DNA of 64,000 nt, from NCBI GenBank assembly GCA_003345595.1, contig PRDI01000049.1:29780-93779 (forward strand), given 5' to 3'. The notes under the pieces are model-generated. The model saw only the letters and a program-made list of their open reading frames with translations. It was not told where the DNA came from and did not search any database. Below are positions 37,437 to 47,608 of this stretch, one piece after another. This DNA comes from Candidatus Thorarchaeota archaeon. GTDB taxonomy: Archaea > Asgardarchaeota > Thorarchaeia > Thorarchaeales > Thorarchaeaceae. How positions within the stretch are numbered: position 1 is the first letter of the stretch; each line of letters opens with the position of its first letter. The position numbers and the translations under genes were made by a program.

Positions 37437-39455
37437 ATGGGCGATGACGGCGTGTTCATCATGGGTTTTGACATTCTACCGTTTCAAAGCCCACGCTCAA
37501 AGACGAATCCGCACTTTTCATGTATAATGATGCACGATGGAGCAGTCCTGAACGAGTATCCGGACCTGTCAAAACGAAACCTGCTGAATCTAGTGAGAGA
37601 GATCCGCCCCAGCTACTTGGCTACGGATAACATCTTTGAGATGGCACCAGACAGCAGATCACTGTTCGAACTGTCGAGCAAGATACCACCTGAAACAAAG
37701 CTTGTCCAGGTCACGGGGACGCCACCCAACCAGATACCACTTAGGATCCTTGCACGGCGATACGGGGTTCAGTCCAAGGGAAAGCTCACCCCTCTGGAAT
37801 CGGCAAGGGTTGCGGCATACTTGGCCTCCATCGGGGTCGGGCACAGTCTCGAATGCTTCGGCGAACAGACTGAGATCAAAGTCACAAGAGGACGAAAGAT
37901 GGGACGAGGGGGGCAAAGCGTCAACCGATATCGTAGAAAGCTGCACTCAGAGATTCAGCAAGCGACCCGTTTCATAGAATCCCAGCTTAAGGCAGCTGGA
38001 ATCGAATATGACATTGATGTGCGGGCGTCGGACTTCGGATATGCAAGTTCGCGTCTTGTCGCCTACGCTCCTTTACCTGCAATCCGGGGTCTTGTGGAGT
38101 CCAAGAGGGGCGGCGATTTCAACGTACTTGTTACCCCTGTTCGGAAGCGGGCCGAGTTCCTGCCACTGGAACCTAAGCCGGTACGCTCCGAATTCACACC
38201 GCAGTACTTCATCTTGGGAATAGACCCTGGCACGACAGCAGCGCTGTGTCTTGTGTCGTTGGACGGAACAGTCGTCTTCCTGACGAGCAAGAAAGGTCTG
38301 GCTCGGGCAGACATGATCAGGATCGTGTACGAGCATGGTGTTCCTGTTCTGGTGGCTACGGACGTCACTCCAGTTCCGCACCTTGTCAAGAAGATAGCAA
38401 GTACAGTCAATGTGGAAGTCTTTACTCCAAGCAGGCCCATTGCCGTGGCGGACAAACAGGAGCTAGCTCGACAGTTTTCTCAAGAAGCACAGATTGGGAA
38501 TGCTCATGAGCGAGATGCGTTGACTGCCGCAGTCTATGCGTACAGGAGCATTCTTCCGAAGCTTGAGGAGATTGACTCCAAGCTCCGCGAGGAACAGATT
38601 GCAGTCGATAGAAACCACCTGAAGGCGCTAGTCGTCAAGGGTATGAGTGTCAATCAGGCACTAGTGAGTCTTGCTCGAGAGAAGCCCGAAGTCGTTGAAA
38701 TAACTTCTGAGCTGCAAGTCCCTCAAGAGGAACTGACACAGGCTCGTTTCAGTACGCTCAAAGAGAGGAATGAGGCTCTAGAGAGCGAGAGTCGTACGCT
38801 TCTTGAACGCAATGAGGACCTCGAGCGTCTTGTGGAGTTTATGAGGTTCAGAGAAAGCGAGCTTGAGCATAGCTTGGACATAGTGAGTCGCGAAAATTAC
38901 TGGCATGTGAAGCGCGACCGGGAGGTCGTGAAGAGGGAGTCTGAGCTAGGATGCACGCGGCGCGAAGTGGATTTGCTCCGAAAGCAGGTACAGGATCTGA
39001 CCAAGCGTCTTGAGTTACTGAGAGGGGTAAGGCGTCTGGAGCTGAGGGGCGACACGCTGGCTGTGAAAATCATTCCTCATTTTACGAGAGAATCAATAGC
39101 TGAGTGTTTCCAGAGGGTGAGTATTAAGCCCGGCGACATTGTGCTGTTCGAGGACGCCAGTGGAGGCGGCCCCCAGACTGCGCGCATGCTGATTGATCGG
39201 GAGGTGAGAGCTGTAATTGTTGACACACCGTTGTCACATCTCTCAGAGGAGGCGCTGACGAAGGCAGCAGTACCTGTCATCGATGCAGAGCTGGTCGAGC
39301 TCCAGAGAGTCGATGAGTTCGCATTCATAAGCCGGAAAAAGCTCGATAATCAGATGCAGGCCTTCATGAAGGAGGTTCGAGAGAAGGCCCGAAAAGAGGG
39401 CGAGGATCAACTTGTAGGAATAGTTGAGCGCTACAAGAGAGAGGTTGAACGATAA
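37437..39455 (+). CDS. DUF460 family protein (RNase H/RuvC-like domain plus coiled coil)
   Basis: LATDNIFE, GRGGQSVNRYRR, ILGIDPGTT, VATDVTP, HERDAL, long coiled coil. Confidence 0.85.
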   Translation: MGDDGVFIMGFDILPFQSPRSKTNPHFSCIMMHDGAVLNEYPDLSKRNLLNLVREIRPSYLATDNIFEMAPDSRSLFELSSKIPPETKLVQVTGTPPNQIPLRILARRYGVQSKGKLTPLESARVAAYLASIGVGHSLECFGEQTEIKVTRGRKMGRGGQSVNRYRRKLHSEIQQATRFIESQLKAAGIEYDIDVRASDFGYASSRLVAYAPLPAIRGLVESKRGGDFNVLVTPVRKRAEFLPLEPKPVRSEFTPQYFILGIDPGTTAALCLVSLDGTVVFLTSKKGLARADMIRIVYEHGVPVLVATDVTPVPHLVKKIASTVNVEVFTPSRPIAVADKQELARQFSQEAQIGNAHERDALTAAVYAYRSILPKLEEIDSKLREEQIAVDRNHLKALVVKGMSVNQALVSLAREKPEVVEITSELQVPQEELTQARFSTLKERNEALESESRTLLERNEDLERLVEFMRFRESELEHSLDIVSRENYWHVKRDREVVKRESELGCTRREVDLLRKQVQDLTKRLELLRGVRRLELRGDTLAVKIIPHFTRESIAECFQRVSIKPGDIVLFEDASGGGPQTARMLIDREVRAVIVDTPLSHLSEEALTKAAVPVIDAELVELQRVDEFAFISRKKLDNQMQAFMKEVREKARKEGEDQLVGIVERYKREVER

Positions 39456-39494
39456 CAGATAAACGGTCCTAGCCTTCAGGTCAATATCTCATTC

Positions 39495-39725
39495 TCACTC
39501 AGGTATCTGAATCCACAGGATATTGTTTCCTCTGATCAGGACTGAACCATACTTTGCCATAGTCTGATTGTCTTGCATCTCCTCTGCATCTGCAAGCGTG
39601 AGGTTCATGTAAATATCACATCTTGTGAGTCGTCCGCGGAAGATTCTGTTGTCTTTGAGTTTTATTGAAACAATGTCGTCCAACACATTCTCAAGGGCCT
39701 TGATTGGCATCTTCTCCGCAGACAC
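39495..39725 (-). CDS. Sm-like archaeal protein (SmAP/Lsm)
   Basis: IKLKDNRIFRGRL, DIYMNLTLADAEE, VLIRGNNI. Confidence 0.92.
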   Translation of the reverse strand: MSAEKMPIKALENVLDDIVSIKLKDNRIFRGRLTRCDIYMNLTLADAEEMQDNQTMAKYGSVLIRGNNILWIQIPE

Positions 39726-39862
39726 AGACGAATCCTCAAGCGGGCGGGCCCTGTGCAGATTATAAACCCTTTGTTGTACAGTGCTTTCTGACATAGTCGA
39801 ATCTCATTTGATTGGGTGCTCTCGGCAACATTAAGTGGAACACCAAGTCTTCACAAGCGGAG

Positions 39863-40867
39863 ATGCGAATCTTGCCTCTGACATGTCTCGGGATAGAAGG
39901 GACCGCACATTCGTTCGGAGCAGGAGTGGTTTCGGATCAGGGCAAGGTTCTCTCGAATGTCTGGGACATGCTTTCTCCACAGGAGGGAGGCATCCATCCT
40001 CGCGAGGCAAGTAGGCATCACTCAGACAAGGGTCCAGATATTATTGCGAAGGCACTGACAGAGGCCGGGATTGGTCCTCATGACATAACTCTGATCGCGT
40101 TCTCGAGGGGCCCTGGACTCGGACCTTGTCTAAGGGCAACAGCGACAATGGCCCGATCACTGGCATTGAAGCTAGAAGTCCCTCTCGTGGGGGTGAATCA
40201 CTGTGTGGCGCACATCGAGATTGGATGCCTAGAGTCGGGGTTCAAGGACCCCGTCACAGTCTATGTTTCAGGCGGCAACACCCAAGTCATTGCTTTTGCG
40301 GGTAATCGGTTTCGGACTTTCGGAGAAACCCTTGACATCGCCATTGGCAACATGTTGGATGTGTTCGGACGTACAATGGGAATGCGTTTCCCTGCTGGAC
40401 CTGCAATAGAGCAGGAGGCCATGAAGGGGCACAGATACTATAGTCTACCTTACTCAGTGAAGGGTATGGACGTGAGCTACTCGGGAATGCTGACAGCAGC
40501 TAGGCGTCTCCAAACAGAGCACATACCCTTGCCCGATCTGTGTTTCAGCATACAGGAAACGGCCTTCGGTATGCTTGCAGAAGTTGCAGAGCGTGCTATT
40601 GCACACACAAAGAAAGGCGAAGTCCTGCTTACTGGTGGTGTGGCACGGAATAGGCGTCTTGGAGAGATTCTGGCAGGCGTGGCTGCTAGGCACAACGCGC
40701 GCTTTCACACAGTTACACCACCTCTTGCCGGTGATCAGGGTGCAATGATTGCTTGGACAGGTATTCTGCAGTACACTGCAGGAGACAGGCTTTCGGTCGC
40801 CGAGTCTTATGTGCTACCCAAGTGGCGTACTGACGAACAGGATATTACTTGGAGGAACCTGTCTTGA
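39863..40867 (+). CDS. kae1: KEOPS t6A37 synthase Kae1
   Basis: GIEGTAH, GGIHPRE, VNHCVAHIEIG, YVSGGNTQ, GETLDIAIGN. Confidence 0.97.
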   Translation: MRILPLTCLGIEGTAHSFGAGVVSDQGKVLSNVWDMLSPQEGGIHPREASRHHSDKGPDIIAKALTEAGIGPHDITLIAFSRGPGLGPCLRATATMARSLALKLEVPLVGVNHCVAHIEIGCLESGFKDPVTVYVSGGNTQVIAFAGNRFRTFGETLDIAIGNMLDVFGRTMGMRFPAGPAIEQEAMKGHRYYSLPYSVKGMDVSYSGMLTAARRLQTEHIPLPDLCFSIQETAFGMLAEVAERAIAHTKKGEVLLTGGVARNRRLGEILAGVAARHNARFHTVTPPLAGDQGAMIAWTGILQYTAGDRLSVAESYVLPKWRTDEQDITWRNLS

Positions 40868-41493
40868 GGCTAGAGAAATGGGCCATGGGTGCGGAATCAA
40901 CCATTTTCAAGACAGAGCAATGGGGATATCCAATAGTATTGAAATGGCGTCCTCAGAAACCCTATCTTCTCAAGGACATCGACGAACTGTTGAAGAAGAC
41001 AAGGACCAACAGAGAGTGTAAGATGCTGACCCACGCTCGCGCACTTGGGGTATCGACCCCGACTGTGCACTGGACGGACCTCGAGAACTATACAATAGCC
41101 ATGGACTTCATCGAGGGAAGACAACTGAAGCAGTTGGCAAGTACTCTGCCAGAATCAAGGCTTCGTGAAATCTGCTTCGAATTCGGGCAATCAGTTGCAC
41201 GCATGCATCGAGGCAATGTTGTACATGGCGACCCCACGACGAGCAATGTCCTCATCGACACCAAATCGCGTCTCTGGATGGTGGACTTTGGGCTGGCGGA
41301 ATGGAATGCGACGACTGAAATGAAGGGGGTAGACCTACACCTCATTCGACGAGCACTTGAAACAACCCACTGGGACCAACAGGAGGTCATGCTGACTGCC
41401 ACGCTTGAAGGCTATGTGAATCTCCTTGGCAGTGAGGCCGAACCTGCTCTCTCAAGAATGGATGTGATTCGTGAACGAGGGAGATACCACTAG
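40849..41493 (+). CDS. bud32: KEOPS kinase/ATPase Bud32
   Basis: GAES, HGDPTTSN, DFGL, VDLHL, RGRY C-terminus. Confidence 0.95.
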   Translation: MEEPVLRLEKWAMGAESTIFKTEQWGYPIVLKWRPQKPYLLKDIDELLKKTRTNRECKMLTHARALGVSTPTVHWTDLENYTIAMDFIEGRQLKQLASTLPESRLREICFEFGQSVARMHRGNVVHGDPTTSNVLIDTKSRLWMVDFGLAEWNATTEMKGVDLHLIRRALETTHWDQQEVMLTATLEGYVNLLGSEAEPALSRMDVIRERGRYH

Positions 41494-41641
41494 TGTGCCC
41501 GGCACCAACGAGCCGATCAATCAAGCCCCAATCGGCCAATTGAAGGCGATTGCTCTAGACGCACGACAACGTTTATATCCGATGCCAAGCCGCGGTCGTG
41601 AGAACCCGGTCTTTCGACGATATGACTGAGAGGTTACTCCA

Positions 41642-42097
41642 ATGGCGAGGATGCATACCAGACGCAAGGGCCAGGCCGGCAGCACACGGCCATCGACAAT
41701 GCAGCCACCCCAGTGGCTAGACAAAGATGCACAGTGGATCGAGAAGAAGATAATAGAGCTGGCCAAGGCTGGTAACACTCCCTCAATGATTGGTATGATT
41801 CTTCGCGATCAATACGGTGTGCCATTGGCTCGGGTCGTGACAGGCAAGAGGATACTATCAACCCTGAGAGAGAACGACCTTGAAAGAAGGGTTCCCGAAG
41901 ACTTGCGCAACATGATTGCAAAGGCCACTGCTATTCGCAAGCACCTTGAGGAACACAAGAAAGACTTGGTGTCAAAGCGGGGACTTCAGCTCGTAGAGAG
42001 CAAGATTCACAGACTGTCAGGATACTACAGGCAGCAGAGGGTCTTACCTGCTGACTGGAAATACACTCCTGAGAGCGCAGCAGTTCTCTTGAGATAG
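41642..42097 (+). CDS. rps15: 30S ribosomal protein S15 (uS15/S13e)
   Basis: MARMH, IGMILRDQYG, PEDL, ESKIHRL. Confidence 0.97.
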   Translation: MARMHTRRKGQAGSTRPSTMQPPQWLDKDAQWIEKKIIELAKAGNTPSMIGMILRDQYGVPLARVVTGKRILSTLRENDLERRVPEDLRNMIAKATAIRKHLEEHKKDLVSKRGLQLVESKIHRLSGYYRQQRVLPADWKYTPESAAVLLR

Positions 42098-42131
42098 TTT
42101 TATCAAAACGGGGCCTGCCACTCATATCGGG

Positions 42132-43475
42132 ATGAGTGACAGGGACTTGAGTACCCCTGAGCTGGATAAGCTGCGTGATAAGTGCCGAGATGCTGCTCTA
42201 GACAAAGGCTCACATGTGCTCATACTGAGCTCGCCAGCTCCGGAATCTACGCTGCCGAGTGCACTCCTCGGTCGTTCAATCATGAAGTCTGGCGGGATAT
42301 TCCACATCACGTTCACAGAACCAGTCTTGAACATTGAAGCACTCGGAGCTGTCATCAAGGCACACTCAAGACGCGTGCCCATCGTGATTGGAATCGACAT
42401 TGTAGGGAACCAAGTCACTGAACTAGGCGAGAACACCCCAATTCTGTTGGGCGGTAGTCTTGACCAGCGCTGCTCATCGTATCCACACCTAGGACTTGGA
42501 AAGGGGGTTTCCATCGCTGCATACGCCCTTGCACAGGAGAAACTGGATGTCGGCCCCGAGGAGCTGTTTCTTGCAGCAGCAGGATCTCTACTTGAGAACA
42601 GCTCCATTAATGAAGCAGATAGGCAGTCGAGGAGCTTAGTCAAGCTGGCGTTAGAAAGCGGGGTTCTAGAGGAGGAGAGAGGGTTCAGAATCTTTGGGGT
42701 GAGTTTCCTTCCACTCACGGAAACCTTGTCCAACAGCATAAGCCCATACCTGCCCGGTGTGAGCGGAGTGCCAGAGTCTTGCGAGGCCCTCCTTGATGAT
42801 GCAGACATTGCTCCTCAGAAACGCGACGCTCCAATAGCGCTCTTGGCGAGTGAAGAGAAGAAGCGGCTGACTGAGAGGCTTGTCCCAAAGTTAGGCAAGT
42901 CTGTGATACGTAGACTACTTGGCCTTGACTTCGAAACAGGCCTGGAACCTGTAGATGGTCCGTTGCGCAGAGTTTCTGGTGTTCAGGCATTGGCTGAGGC
43001 TGCATGGTGCAGACAAGACCTAGGTACTGCACAGGCATTATGGATTGGTGATCGCGCAAGGATGTTACGGTCGGCACTTGATTCATACAGAGTCCACTGC
43101 AGAGGAGTGATTTCAGGCGTTCAGCACCTCGTGCTGGCTCAGAAGAATCGCGAAGTCGAAAACGTTTCCAGCCATTTACTGGCCGTTCCTCTCATTGAGG
43201 CAAGGAGTGAAACCCTTTCGGATGTGGGGCGCATTGCGTTCGAGAGCGGCTATGTTGACCAAGACGTCCTTCTTGTGCTGTACAAGGATGACTGTGCGGG
43301 AGTCATCTGGTACTTCGACAGCATGAGCCTTTCCAAAGTCATCTTGGCACTGACCAGCGCAGGTCTGGCTGTAACATCTACCTCAGCAAGGTCGGTGCTG
43401 GTCAGCCTATCCTCGAAGGAGGACCGAATAGCCCTGTTCGGCATGCTAGACAAACTGGTCAAAGCAGGTGATTGA
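42132..43475 (+). CDS. Degenerate DHH-superfamily (RecJ/Cdc45-like) protein
   Basis: Occupies the conserved archaeal rps15-DHH-pcc1 position. Retains 'PLxETLxxSxxPYLPGVSG...C' but lacks DxD and DHH. Confidence 0.65.
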   Translation: MSDRDLSTPELDKLRDKCRDAALDKGSHVLILSSPAPESTLPSALLGRSIMKSGGIFHITFTEPVLNIEALGAVIKAHSRRVPIVIGIDIVGNQVTELGENTPILLGGSLDQRCSSYPHLGLGKGVSIAAYALAQEKLDVGPEELFLAAAGSLLENSSINEADRQSRSLVKLALESGVLEEERGFRIFGVSFLPLTETLSNSISPYLPGVSGVPESCEALLDDADIAPQKRDAPIALLASEEKKRLTERLVPKLGKSVIRRLLGLDFETGLEPVDGPLRRVSGVQALAEAAWCRQDLGTAQALWIGDRARMLRSALDSYRVHCRGVISGVQHLVLAQKNREVENVSSHLLAVPLIEARSETLSDVGRIAFESGYVDQDVLLVLYKDDCAGVIWYFDSMSLSKVILALTSAGLAVTSTSARSVLVSLSSKEDRIALFGMLDKLVKAGD

Positions 43476-43720
43476 TGTTGATGGCTGCGACAATCGAGAT
43501 TGAGGTTTCGCCTGCCGGCGAAGCAGAACGGGTGATGGATGCAATATCACCTGACAACATGCCCTTGCCGAAGGGTCTCAGAATCACTTCTCAGGTCAAG
43601 GATGGACGGCTTTATGTCAGTATTGAGTGTGACCGTGGTTTGGACTCTCTGAGGGCCACCATTGAAGATGTCATGAGTGCCATAGATCTCTCAATCAGGA
43701 CAATGAACTCGACAGAGTAG
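43472..43720 (+). CDS. pcc1: KEOPS subunit Pcc1
   Basis: AISPDN, SLRATIEDV; size and genomic context. Confidence 0.85.
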   Translation: MMLMAATIEIEVSPAGEAERVMDAISPDNMPLPKGLRITSQVKDGRLYVSIECDRGLDSLRATIEDVMSAIDLSIRTMNSTE

Positions 43721-43727
43721 CTCCGTG

Positions 43728-45230
43728 TCAATCGACAGGCGATGGCTCGGATAGGTCGTCCTCAGGCAGCTTCCAAGGCGAGGTATCACCAGTCAGAGCA
43801 GAGTACGCTGCTCTCGCCTTCGCCCGTGCTCTATCTGCCATCTCCTTGGTTATGAATCCACGTTGGACTCCTCTCTTCAGCAGATGTTGGTCGATTACAC
43901 GCGTTTCTCCGTTCGCCGGGCTAACCACGTCAATTTCAAGATCCACGTATCGAATCCTGCTGGGACCGTTCTGAGTGTTTGGATAGACCTCGACGCCTGT
44001 ATTCACATTCACGTATGTCCCTTTGAGCTGCTTGTTCCGAGAGAAATACTCCGTGACAAGGGTTTCCGAACCCGGAACGACATGTGTTATTGCATAGTCT
44101 CCTTCATCGGGCGGTGTTTCGATATCATCGGGATATTCAGGAGCAAGCTTGAGCTTTCTGTTGGTGTACCTGAACTGCCTGCGGATGACAAGTTCTCCTT
44201 GGTTGACGCTTATGACTCGGCCCCTAGAGAGAATTATGTTCCTGCCGTCCAGCTTCACATGCTCAATGTTGATTTGGTCTTCGACCTTGGGCATGTCCCG
44301 ATTGAACACTTTTTCCAGCTTCGATGTGACATAGGCTCTCTCGTCTGGCCGCTCTTCTATAATCATCTCTGCAAGATCGACCAACGCCGCGTAGCCGGCG
44401 CTCTTGTAGAAGTGGTGGAGTTTCACTGTTGGCCTTATCTTCGCCCGAGTATTATCAAGCGTTTCTTTGACCTCTGCAGGAAATTCGATGTCAGCATTGC
44501 TGGTGCCCTCAAACAAGAGCTCGGGTTTGTCAGTTTCAGCGAACTTCGAATAGACTTGATGTGCTGTGTCCAAAAGGTCATCAACTTCATCTCTCAGTTC
44601 GTCATCGGTGAGCTTCTCAGCCGAGGTTCTCCACAGAATACCCCAGTTCTCCGAATTCTCGCGGATTTTTCTCCCCAATTCCACCAGACGATTGCGCTCA
44701 TCACTCATTTTGATCTTAGTACTGAGCCTGACAACGGCTTCAGGGAGAAGTACTGCGGCTTTTCCGGGGATTGTTATACTTGATGAGAGGACTGGGGCCT
44801 TTCTACCATAGTCATGTGCTCTGACCTGAATTATGATCGCACTCCCTTGCTTGAGCCCCCTGTCAGGCAGAAGCCCCGATACTCCTCCCAAGTCGACTCT
44901 TGTTTGTCCTGTCTTCTCGTCTGCGCCCAAAATCAATCCTCTGTACACAGAACTCTTTGCCACTCTCGGTGTACGTGTTATGACTCCGCCCAAGCGTTTC
45001 CGCAGGACATCAGTCAATCGCATGAGGACCGACTCATAGGCGATTGCCACGATGCCCTGCAAATCGCTTCGGTCCCAGATGTCCATGTCTGGAATCTCAC
45101 TCTTGAAGGGCAGGCCAAACCTCCTTGCCACCTCCGGAGTAGGCTGTACCACCTCAAAGTGGTTCTGCAACAGTATCTGAGTCAAGGACTGGGAATAGAT
45201 GCCCCTTATTCTTGCTTTGTACATAGACAA
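43728..45230 (-). CDS. FAU-1 family RNA-binding ribonuclease (RNase E/G-like S1 + DUF402)
   Basis: RIRGIYS, WGILWRT, HHFYK, HVKLDG, YVNVNTGVE, YVDLEIDVV. Confidence 0.9.
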   Translation of the reverse strand: MSMYKARIRGIYSQSLTQILLQNHFEVVQPTPEVARRFGLPFKSEIPDMDIWDRSDLQGIVAIAYESVLMRLTDVLRKRLGGVITRTPRVAKSSVYRGLILGADEKTGQTRVDLGGVSGLLPDRGLKQGSAIIIQVRAHDYGRKAPVLSSSITIPGKAAVLLPEAVVRLSTKIKMSDERNRLVELGRKIRENSENWGILWRTSAEKLTDDELRDEVDDLLDTAHQVYSKFAETDKPELLFEGTSNADIEFPAEVKETLDNTRAKIRPTVKLHHFYKSAGYAALVDLAEMIIEERPDERAYVTSKLEKVFNRDMPKVEDQINIEHVKLDGRNIILSRGRVISVNQGELVIRRQFRYTNRKLKLAPEYPDDIETPPDEGDYAITHVVPGSETLVTEYFSRNKQLKGTYVNVNTGVEVYPNTQNGPSRIRYVDLEIDVVSPANGETRVIDQHLLKRGVQRGFITKEMADRARAKARAAYSALTGDTSPWKLPEDDLSEPSPVD

Positions 45231-45314
45231 ACACTGTCCCGGACCTTAGGCGTCAGAACCCCATTCGTAGGGCCAAGGGACGGGAGCGTTTCTTGTCCAT
45301 ACTCCTTGTGATAG

Positions 45315-45587
45315 TTAGTCATGTATCGGCTCAAGGAGGCTAGAAACATGCCATATCTTTGTCCTTGCATGATTCGGGCAATTCGGGTCTTGACTCGGCT
45401 CATCAAGAATCGATATTGCATTCTGTGCTCTAACAGCTGGAGAGTCTGCGCTCCGATCAAGGACAGCTATGGCTTCGTTAGCTGCACGGCGTATGTTCCG
45501 AGGGACCGAAGAATCCTCAGATATCTGTTTAAGTAAACGTTTCGACTGTTCTATGTTCTTCTGTGCTTCGGGATCCAACTGGCTCAC
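45315..45587 (-). CDS. UPF0147 family protein
   Basis: DSSVPRNIRRAA, DPNCPNHARTKIW. Confidence 0.9.
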   Translation of the reverse strand: MSQLDPEAQKNIEQSKRLLKQISEDSSVPRNIRRAANEAIAVLDRSADSPAVRAQNAISILDEPSQDPNCPNHARTKIWHVSSLLEPIHD

Positions 45588-45776
45588 CTCTGAATAGTCT
45601 TGGCGCACGAATGGAGTGCGAACAACCGAAGCTTCTGACTTGGCTCAGACATATCAACATTGCGGCATGGATTTCTTGTTCGGATATGCTGAATATCGCA
45701 CAAGACGGCAACAGATATTCGACTTTTGAGTCTCGCAGCGGTATACCTAATAACTACACATTGCGAAGTACTGAAT

Positions 45777-46154
45777 GTGTCCAAGTTGGCAGACAAGACT
45801 GATGCTCCAATCAAGAAGATGGCCGAGCTGTTGCGCCATGGTGCCACAATGTTGGCACAAGCTTGCCCACAATGCGGCGCTCCTCTATTCAAGGTGGGTA
45901 ATGACATATACTGCGCGTCTTGCGACCGGCGGATTGTCGTTGCACACACTGAAAAGGAAGTGGAATCTCACACAGTGCGGGCCGTAATCCCACAGCTGAG
46001 GGAAACCCTTGTCAAGAAGCTGACGGGTCTCAATGAGTTGGTGGAATCTGAGAATGACGTTGAGGCCCTGACGAAACTGGCGAATCTAATGGTGCTGTTA
46101 TTGCAAGCATTGCACGGACTGAACGGCATGACTACTGACGAAAACGCACAATGA
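45777..46154 (+). CDS. UPF0148 / Sjogren autoantigen p27-like zinc-ribbon protein
   Basis: MAELLRHGATMLAQACPQCGAPLF...YCASC. Exact start uncertain. Confidence 0.88.
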   Translation: MSKLADKTDAPIKKMAELLRHGATMLAQACPQCGAPLFKVGNDIYCASCDRRIVVAHTEKEVESHTVRAVIPQLRETLVKKLTGLNELVESENDVEALTKLANLMVLLLQALHGLNGMTTDENAQ

Positions 46155-46187
46155 GCATGCAGATTGTGTCAGGGAGCAAGTGCGTGC

Positions 46188-46865
46188 CTACTCTTCTTCC
46201 TCTTTGAGTGTCTCTGTCTTTGTTCCGCGGCGGAGTCGTGCTCTCCGAGATTTGACCTCTTCCGGTCCCTTCATCACCTTACTCTTTCGTATCTCACATT
46301 GTCGGACCGGTACGATCTTCTTGACTTCCTGATTGACTTCGGACGCCAGTTCTCCGAAAACGACCTTCTGAACTAGCTCATCAAAGGTATGCTTCTTTGC
46401 GTGATCAAGAATGACCTTCTCAATAGCCTTACGCACAGAGTGTTCTTGGCTGGTCTTGGACCGTGTCGTTGTGAAAACAATCACAGAGATTCGCATCATG
46501 AAGTCGTCCTTTGTCAATATCGGACCAATCCAGTCAATTCTGGACGTGCCCCTTCTCACAAGTCCCCGCAGATAGTCTGAGCTCCACTCATGACCATGGA
46601 ATATAGTGTTGGCCTGCTGTCCCACAACCCCCGTTATCTTGAACCGCAGTTTCACGTGGATGAGATCGAAGTTGCCAGTCAAGTCATAGAGCGTTGGCTC
46701 AATAGTGCGACCGATCAGAGCGTCGGGAGATTCCGCAGGCGTGATGCCAATCTCTTTGCTTCCGAAGTAGTCTGGAGTAACTACCTGATACCAGACTTTC
46801 TCCCGCCACTTGTCTCTTGTCTTGACGGCAGCAGCAGCGGCGGCTTGTTTTGTCTTTGAGGACAT
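46188..46865 (-). CDS. rps3ae: 30S ribosomal protein S3Ae (eS1)
   Basis: DKWREKVWY, TLYDLTG, LVRRGTSRID, EIRKSKV. Confidence 0.96.
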   Translation of the reverse strand: MSSKTKQAAAAAAVKTRDKWREKVWYQVVTPDYFGSKEIGITPAESPDALIGRTIEPTLYDLTGNFDLIHVKLRFKITGVVGQQANTIFHGHEWSSDYLRGLVRRGTSRIDWIGPILTKDDFMMRISVIVFTTTRSKTSQEHSVRKAIEKVILDHAKKHTFDELVQKVVFGELASEVNQEVKKIVPVRQCEIRKSKVMKGPEEVKSRRARLRRGTKTETLKEEEE

Positions 46866-47082
46866 CTCAGCGTCACACTCGTGTTACAGATACTGTAAGA
46901 CACCCTAGAGAATCTCGACTACTCCCGTGGTCAGACCGTGGGGTCTGGGCGACATCAGACAAGTCTAATAAAAAGGTTGTGACATGGCTGGTCGTGCCAG
47001 TCCCTTCGCAGTGGTTACGGTCATACACTTCTCAGCAAACTAGATATGTCCTTGAATGATGGCTCACCTAGGGACATCATTC

Positions 47083-47253
47083 ATGACAGAAATAACATGC
47101 CCGCGTTGTGGATTCAAGGATGTCGCATTGGTAAAGAAGGAGGTCCTGAGGGGAGGGAAGATAAACAGAAGGAAGTGGCACTGCCCCCGATGCAGTCATG
47201 ACTGGGACACGGTCACAGACTCAAGTGGTAATCCCGTAACTGAAAAGGGCTAG
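47083..47253 (+). CDS. Small zinc-ribbon protein
   Basis: CPRCG...WHCPRCSHDW. Confidence 0.7.
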   Translation: MTEITCPRCGFKDVALVKKEVLRGGKINRRKWHCPRCSHDWDTVTDSSGNPVTEKG

Positions 47254-47397
47254 CGAAGACTCTGATAGAACCCCGCTCCGTGGGCCTTGCGGCTTTCCTG
47301 TGACCGACCGCTGGATGATATACACTTCGCGGAGCCTCGCTGTTCCTGCAATCCTGCAAAACCATTATATCGCCGACAGCTGCTACAATTCGACTGC

Positions 47398-47519
47398 GCG
47401 GAGGTTGCCAAGCCAGGCCAACGGCGCAGGGCTTAGGATCCTGTCACGTAGGTGTACCCGGGCTGCTTCTTTGTCAACCTGAGACCGAATCGCGAGTTCA
47501 AATCTCGCCCTCCGCACCA
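47398..47519 (+). tRNA. tRNA-Leu(TAG) with a ~34-nt intron at the 3' base of the variable arm (47456-47489)
   Basis: Acceptor GCGGAGG/CCTCCGC-ACCA; anticodon arm CAGGG-CTTAGGA-TCCTG. Excision gives a normal Leu variable arm T-CAC-GTAG-GTG-TTC (88-nt mature). Confidence 0.9.
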
Positions 47520-47608
47520 ACATCACCAAGGCACTACCGACTAGGAACGGGGACCTGCCGAAGTCAATCACTAACGTTATATTCCTCCAGCAAGGACTCG
47601 CTCACGAA

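Noticed and set aside
47270-47340. GC-rich stem with a GCAA tetraloop (minus strand) upstream of tRNA-Leu
   Set aside because: Short, matches no known RNA family, and overlaps the likely promoter/terminator zone.
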